DNA of 64,000 nucleotides from Candidatus Woesebacteria bacterium (GTDB lineage Bacteria; Patescibacteriota; Microgenomatia; UBA8517): NCBI GenBank assembly GCA_013374835.1, contig CP055307.1, positions 74,447 to 138,446 of the forward strand, read 5' to 3'. Shown piece by piece: positions 58,848 to 64,000 of this stretch (position 1 is its first letter; each line of letters starts with the position of its first letter). The notes under the pieces were generated by a model. It saw only the letters and a program-made list of their open reading frames with translations, ran no database searches and was not told where the DNA came from. The position numbers and the translations under genes were made by a program.

Positions 58848-59204
58848 ATGCTTGCCAGAAAATTTATGCTTAAAGACAGGTCTGATTTTGATTTAATCAA
58901 AAAAAAAGGCAAGTCATTAAATTCGGAATCATTTATTCTTAGATATTATTATGATAAAAACGCACCTGTATCAAAATTTGGTTTTATAGTCACAACTAAA
59001 GTTTCTAAAAAAGCAAGCCTAAGAAACAAAGCCAAAAGAGCATTAAGCGAAGGCGTAAGAAGATCTATTTTTGCTGTTAAAAAAGGGTACCTTTGTCTAA
59101 TAATTGCCAAACCCGTTATTATAAAAAAATACACGCCAGAAATTATGAAAGAAATTGATGAAACCCTTAAAAAAGCCAATTTATTTATAGCTAACAATGC
59201 TTAA
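58848..59204 (+). CDS. rnpA: RNase P protein component
   Basis: 118 aa, basic. Sits in the rpmH-rnpA-yidD-yidC context. Confidence 0.8.
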   Translation: MLARKFMLKDRSDFDLIKKKGKSLNSESFILRYYYDKNAPVSKFGFIVTTKVSKKASLRNKAKRALSEGVRRSIFAVKKGYLCLIIAKPVIIKKYTPEIMKEIDETLKKANLFIANNA

Positions 59205-59424
59205 AAAAATTCTATTAATATCAATCAAATTTTATAAAGCTACAATTTCAATTGTACTTAGATCATTTTTTGGCATGGGTTGCCGTTTCGAACCTACCTG
59301 CTCAGAATATACACATCAAGCAATAAGTACAAGAGGAATTATAATGGGATTATTTTTAAGTATTAAACGTATTTTAAGGTGCCACCCCCTGTCCAAAGGT
59401 GGTTATGATCCGGTGATAAAATAA
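59197..59424 (+). CDS. yidD: membrane protein insertion efficiency factor YidD
   Basis: GCRFEPTCSEYT...RCHPLSKGGYDPV signature. Confidence 0.85.
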   Translation: MLKKILLISIKFYKATISIVLRSFFGMGCRFEPTCSEYTHQAISTRGIIMGLFLSIKRILRCHPLSKGGYDPVIK

Positions 59425-59425
59425 A

Positions 59426-60241
59426 ATGGATATTTTTAGAGTTTTACTAATCGAACCGCTCGCGAACGGTCTTGCTGTTTTCTACAAAATTTTTGGCGGA
59501 AACATGGGGGTTGCAATTATTGCGTTCTCTCTTTTTTTAAGGCTTCTTCTTACGCCACTGACAAAGCCATACATGGAATCAATGAAAAAAATGAAGCAGT
59601 ACTCAAAGGATTTGGAGAAATTAAAAAAAAGACATAAAGACGACAAAGCCAAACTTATGAAAGCACAGGCGGATTTTTATAAAGAAAAAGGCATAAACCC
59701 CGGATCGGGTTGTTTACCTTATCTTCTTCAAATAATTATTCTTATAGCTCTTTTTAGGGTGTTCACTGGAATATTGGTCTCGAATGGAGATGTAACTTCT
59801 AAATTTAACGAAATGCTTTACGATTCTGTCAAATTCAGTAGTGACACTGTGATAAACACCAAATTTTTGTATTTAGATGTAACAAAGCCTGATGTAATCA
59901 GACTCCGGGATCTGCCTTTTCCTATTCCCGGTCCTTTTATAATTCTTTCCGCCCTTACGCAATTTTTATCTGCAAAAATGACAGCACCTTATGTAAAAGA
60001 AGAACAAAAAAGGGCCAAAAAAACCAAATCAGACATTGACGATTTTCAAGTAGCAATGCAATCATCAATGATCTATACGTTTCCTATTATGACATTGCTA
60101 ATTGGTATAAGCTTTCCATCGGGGCTTGCAATCTATTGGTTTTTATTCTCACTATACCAAGCGGTGCAGCAATTTAGATCAACAGGATGGGGAGGACTTA
60201 CCCCTTGGATTGAACGAATCAATCTGCTAAAATCAGTTTGA
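59426..60241 (+). CDS. yidC: membrane protein insertase YidC (short Gram-positive-type form)
   Basis: 271 aa, 5 TM. Conserved GCLPYLLQIIILIALFR block. Confidence 0.8.
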   Translation: MDIFRVLLIEPLANGLAVFYKIFGGNMGVAIIAFSLFLRLLLTPLTKPYMESMKKMKQYSKDLEKLKKRHKDDKAKLMKAQADFYKEKGINPGSGCLPYLLQIIILIALFRVFTGILVSNGDVTSKFNEMLYDSVKFSSDTVINTKFLYLDVTKPDVIRLRDLPFPIPGPFIILSALTQFLSAKMTAPYVKEEQKRAKKTKSDIDDFQVAMQSSMIYTFPIMTLLIGISFPSGLAIYWFLFSLYQAVQQFRSTGWGGLTPWIERINLLKSV

Positions 60242-60247
60242 CTTAAA

Positions 60248-60721
60248 ATGCCAAAAAAAATAGACCTCGAAAAAGAGTCAGCACGGATTTTAAAAGAACT
60301 TTTAAAGCTTATTGGGATCAAAGGTGAAGTAGTTTCAAATCTTAGAACGGAAAATGGCGAAAAAGTTATCAATATGGAAATTTTAGCACCTGAAGAATCG
60401 GGCATTCTAATAGGTGCTAAAGGATCAAATTTAAACGCTTTACAATCTTTTGTTGCCATGTCTCTAAGACAAAAAACCGGGGAATGGACAAGGGTTTCTC
60501 TTGACGTGGGCGAATGGAGAGCAAGACACGCAGATTATCTTAAAAGCCTTGCTAACCAGGCGGCAGAAAGGGCAAGATCAACAGGAGAACCACAGTACTT
60601 GTATAATCTTACTCCGTTTCAAAGAAGAATCGTACACACTCACCTTTCAGACTTTGACGATATTGTCACACAGTCGGAAGGAGAAGGTACATCAAGGTTT
60701 CTTGTTGTTAAAACAAAGTGA
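60248..60721 (+). CDS. jag: Jag/KhpB-like RNA-binding protein (KH plus R3H)
   Basis: C-terminal R3H QRRIVHTHLSDFDDIVTQSEGEG. Position after yidC. Confidence 0.7.
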   Translation: MPKKIDLEKESARILKELLKLIGIKGEVVSNLRTENGEKVINMEILAPEESGILIGAKGSNLNALQSFVAMSLRQKTGEWTRVSLDVGEWRARHADYLKSLANQAAERARSTGEPQYLYNLTPFQRRIVHTHLSDFDDIVTQSEGEGTSRFLVVKTK

Positions 60722-61947
60722 ATTTTTTAAATAGAATTCTGCTTTTTCTTTTTATACTCCTTCTTCCTTCACAGCTAGGACTACATTTTTGGCCTGACTT
60801 CGCGCTTATTAATGGCCTAAGGATAGACTATCTTTCACCGGTAATATATTTTACCGACGTTCTTGCTTTATTAATTATCTTATTAAATTTCAAAAAAATT
60901 GTGACGAAGCCAACTTCATACAAAAAATTTTTGGCAATTTTTTTCATAATTTTTATTGTTATTAATATCTTAAACTCTAATATTCCGGCAATAGCTCTGT
61001 TAAAATGGGTTAAACTAACAGAAGCAATTTTGCTTACAGTAATTATTGGAAAAATTTTAAAGTCAGATAAAGACATATATTTTCCTGTTTCAATTTCCTT
61101 AATTTACACTTCCCTTCTCGGACTTTTTCAATTTTTTAGTAAAAAAAGCATCGGAGGAATATTCTATTGGCTTGGCGAAAGAAATTTTTCAATTTCTATG
61201 CCATCAATCGCAACATTTACGTTATTTGGAAAAGAATATTTACGCCCTTATTCAACATTTTCACACCCAAATTCCTTTGCGGGTTTTATTTTGATTGAAA
61301 TTTTAATAATCCTGTCATTAAATACAAAATTAAGCTCTTTTTATAAAATAACGCTTCTTTTTTCCTTTATGTCCTTTTTTTTAGCCTATTCCCAAAACGC
61401 ATGGGCATCTCTTTTTGTAATAGCCGCACTCTACATTCTAAAACTATACAAAAAAAAGTATGTAATCAAAACCTTTTTTTTAGCGTTAGCTGTATCCTCT
61501 GTCGCCTTGCCTTTGTTGTCAAGTAAACTTATAGGATTAGACAACGCTAAATATATTAACAAACAATACTTTACAAAACGTCTGGAGTTAAATGAGCTAT
61601 CAGGATTAATAATCTCACAAAAGCCCCTAATAGGAGTCGGTTTAGGAAATTTTTTAGTTAAGCTTCCGGATTTATATCGCGAAACGTATATGTTTAACAA
61701 TTTAAGAGAAGATTGGTGGATACAGCCGGTGCACAACGTATATTTGTTAATCGTTTCGGAATCAGGTCTTGTTGGGTTTCTTTTATTTATATTTATTGCG
61801 CTTTCAATTATTTCAAAAAACAAAAACCAAAAATTTAATTTAGTTATGCTTGCGATATTTATAACAGCGTTTCTTGATCATTATTGGTTTACTCTACAAC
61901 AAAACATCTTACTATCTTCGCTTGTTTTTGCGATCGCTCTCATGTAA
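60718..61947 (+). CDS. O-antigen ligase/polymerase (Wzy_C) family membrane protein
   Basis: ~10 TM. Central periplasmic loop with FSHPNSFAGFILIEIL, resembling the Wzy_C block. Confidence 0.5.
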   Translation: MNFLNRILLFLFILLLPSQLGLHFWPDFALINGLRIDYLSPVIYFTDVLALLIILLNFKKIVTKPTSYKKFLAIFFIIFIVINILNSNIPAIALLKWVKLTEAILLTVIIGKILKSDKDIYFPVSISLIYTSLLGLFQFFSKKSIGGIFYWLGERNFSISMPSIATFTLFGKEYLRPYSTFSHPNSFAGFILIEILIILSLNTKLSSFYKITLLFSFMSFFLAYSQNAWASLFVIAALYILKLYKKKYVIKTFFLALAVSSVALPLLSSKLIGLDNAKYINKQYFTKRLELNELSGLIISQKPLIGVGLGNFLVKLPDLYRETYMFNNLREDWWIQPVHNVYLLIVSESGLVGFLLFIFIALSIISKNKNQKFNLVMLAIFITAFLDHYWFTLQQNILLSSLVFAIALM

Positions 61948-61958
61948 ATTAAATAGTT

Positions 61959-62390
61959 ATGCATGATGTGTATTACATATTTTGCGACGGAGGGTCTCGC
62001 GGGAACCCGGGTCCAGCTGCTGCGGCGTATGTCGTGAACAAAAACGGTAAAACAATTTACAAACAAAATAAATATCTGGGAATAGCAACAAACAATGAAG
62101 CGGAATATCAAGCAGCCCTAATGGCCCACCGGTGGGCACATAAAAATATTGTAGATAAAGGCTCCGAAGTGCAGTTTATTTTTGATTCTGAACTCGTCAC
62201 TAAACAACTAAAAGGGATATACAAAATAAAAAGCAAAAGCCTTGCGCGCTACATAATCAAAATAAAAAAAATTGTTAAAGAAATGCCCTTTAGTGTTTCT
62301 TATACAAATGTTTCAAGAGAAAAAAACTTTGAAGCGGACAAACTTGTTAATCAAGCATTAAACTTACAAAATCTGTCACCTGAAAAGTAA
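61959..62390 (+). CDS. ribonuclease HI-family protein
   Basis: DGGSRGNPGPAAAAYVV...TNNEAEYQAALMA...DSELVTKQ contains the RNase H catalytic D, E, D residues. Confidence 0.75.
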   Translation: MHDVYYIFCDGGSRGNPGPAAAAYVVNKNGKTIYKQNKYLGIATNNEAEYQAALMAHRWAHKNIVDKGSEVQFIFDSELVTKQLKGIYKIKSKSLARYIIKIKKIVKEMPFSVSYTNVSREKNFEADKLVNQALNLQNLSPEK

Positions 62391-62554
62391 GGTTACATGC
62401 TTTGAAAAGAAAAATTAAGCCTGTGCAAGAAAACTATCGGAAAATTCTTCACATGGATCTTTAGTCTATTAAAGTGCCTCTTTAAATAAACGAATCATAT
62501 TTACAAATTTCATTACTTGATGAAAATAAGCCAAGGCGGATATCATTTAATATA

Positions 62555-64000
62555 ATGCAATTGCCTACAATACTTCTTTTTACGGATAAATCGAAGCTTG
62601 CAATAGAGCTTATTGATTTGTTTAAAGAAAATAATTTTTATATATTTGTTATTAGCGATAAAAGCAATTGGATTAGTAAGTCGCAAACAGTTAGGGCGTT
62701 AAAAGCAAGAGACCTAAAAAACTTTAAATCTGATTACATACTATCACTTAATTTTACAAACACAAAATATTTAGCAGAATCGCTTAAAAGCATAAAACAA
62801 TTTAAGCCCAAATCTCTCCTTGTTTTTAGTGTTGACACGATAAATAAAAAAATATTTAAAAAGGCGTCAGGTTTGATCAATTCAAAAATAATAATTACGG
62901 GCCTTCCTGTTAACTTTGCAGAAGAAAAAACAAACAGCATTGAAGCGTTAATTAAAAAGGCAATAAAAAGTCGTAAGTTAAAAATAAACCCAAACGACAA
63001 ATTCTATCTAATAGAACAAGAAAAAATAGCAAATATTATTTCACAAGAGCTCTTTACATATAGTCAAACAAAACCAATCTTAGCTGCCAAAATAGTCAAC
63101 GCCTCTGAATTCGTTTTGGAACTCTCTTCGTATATAAGCGGTCTTAAAATTGTCACAACAAAAAAAACAAAAATGCACCAATTTCTTCCGGAACCGCTAT
63201 CAACGCTAGACATAGATCTTTCTACTAAAAGCTATATCGAAAAAGCACTTGATAAAATTAAAAAGGAAAAAATAAAAAGTAAACGCTTTGATATTAAAAT
63301 CTCTAAAACAAACTTTCCTCTTATTATGTTTTTATTCTTTGTTTTACTTCTTGCTCCTTATGTTTTAATTTTGTTTAGCACGCTCTCGCTTTTTGCTTCA
63401 TATAAATTTTATCTTAAAAATGAAATAAAACTATCCTCTTATGCTCTTGTTCTATCTGAAAAACAAACAACAATTCAAAAACCAATAATAAAAACATATT
63501 TAAAAATGCCTTTGATAAAAAATTTATACACGCCGCTGATAAATGCTCAATACGTTCTTGAGCTTGCCAACTCCTCGTTCGTAAACGGCAAAGAAGCGCT
63601 TTCAGGCGTTGCGTCATTGGGGGATTTGGCATTAAACGGCAACCCTGATGCGGATATCAAAACAATATCCCAAGAGCTATATTACAAATTTGACCTGCTT
63701 TACAAAGATCTCTCTTTTCTAGAGGCGGCCACAAAAAATACAGCCCTATTTGGTTTCGCCAAAAAAGCAAGCATCGATATTTCAAAAATTAGAACCTATG
63801 TTAGCGCCTCAAAAGATTTAATTTGGCAGATGCCGGAAATGCTTGGATTTCAAGAAGAAAAAACCTATATGATACTTCTTCAAAACAACATGGAGTTAAG
63901 ACCGACTGGAGGATTTATAGGTTCGTTTGCATTAATTACCTTTAGTAAAGGAAAACTTGTCGACACAGAAGTGTTTGATGTATATTCTGTTGACGGGCAA
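62555..64000 (+). CDS. DUF4012-like membrane protein (partial, continues past the window end)
   Basis: Open frame to the window end. Central TM. ELRPTGGFIGSFALITF resembles the DUF4012 signature. Confidence 0.5.
   Translation, partial: MQLPTILLFTDKSKLAIELIDLFKENNFYIFVISDKSNWISKSQTVRALKARDLKNFKSDYILSLNFTNTKYLAESLKSIKQFKPKSLLVFSVDTINKKIFKKASGLINSKIIITGLPVNFAEEKTNSIEALIKKAIKSRKLKINPNDKFYLIEQEKIANIISQELFTYSQTKPILAAKIVNASEFVLELSSYISGLKIVTTKKTKMHQFLPEPLSTLDIDLSTKSYIEKALDKIKKEKIKSKRFDIKISKTNFPLIMFLFFVLLLAPYVLILFSTLSLFASYKFYLKNEIKLSSYALVLSEKQTTIQKPIIKTYLKMPLIKNLYTPLINAQYVLELANSSFVNGKEALSGVASLGDLALNGNPDADIKTISQELYYKFDLLYKDLSFLEAATKNTALFGFAKKASIDISKIRTYVSASKDLIWQMPEMLGFQEEKTYMILLQNNMELRPTGGFIGSFALITFSKGKLVDTEVFDVYSVDGQ

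Overview
This window is low-GC bacterial chromosome with Candidate Phyla Radiation (Patescibacteria)-like traits. Many proteins are small membrane or secreted proteins. The 16S rRNA gene is unlinked from any 23S. Stop codons are standard: long ORFs end in TAA, TGA or TAG.

The window spans the replication origin: dnaN and dnaA on the minus strand, AT-rich intergenic regions with perfect DnaA boxes, then rpmH-rnpA-yidD-yidC-jag on the plus strand. Other housekeeping content is the dnaG-rpoD operon, smpB with an overlapping tmRNA gene, ComF, an LCP-family protein, a SpoIID/LytB-domain protein and a P-type cation ATPase. There are nine tRNAs: Glu, Lys, Gln, Asn, Arg and all four Ser isoacceptors (GGA, CGA, GCT, TGA). 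A metal/thiol-redox cluster at 14652-18560 contains two ArsR regulators, a DUF302-glutaredoxin fusion, a DUF318 permease, a redox-active disulfide protein 2 and thioredoxin-like lipoproteins. It sits in a region with an inverted paralog pair, one copy of which is decayed, and a multiply frameshifted cupin pseudogene.

The most striking feature is a roughly 20 kb same-strand locus at 35942-55896, directly abutting dnaN and oriC. It encodes ten tandem paralogous small two-transmembrane pilin-like proteins, which look like type IV secretion VirB2/TrbC-type pilins. Three carry N-terminal Cys-rich extensions, and a GT-C glycosyltransferase is embedded in the array. Downstream are a 1182-aa secreted Cys-rich protein with a lytic-transglycosylase-like C-terminus, a VirB6/TrbL-like polytopic protein, a VirB3-like small membrane protein and a VirB4-type ATPase split into two translationally coupled ORFs. 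The locus ends with a membrane-anchored M23 peptidase plus phosphodiester-glycosidase-like wall hydrolase. A VirD4/TraD-like coupling ATPase lies apart at the window start.

Together these look like a Gram-positive-type, pilus-elaborating type IV secretion-like apparatus whose pilin repertoire is unusually expanded and decorated. Every call is from sequence reading alone; no database search was run.
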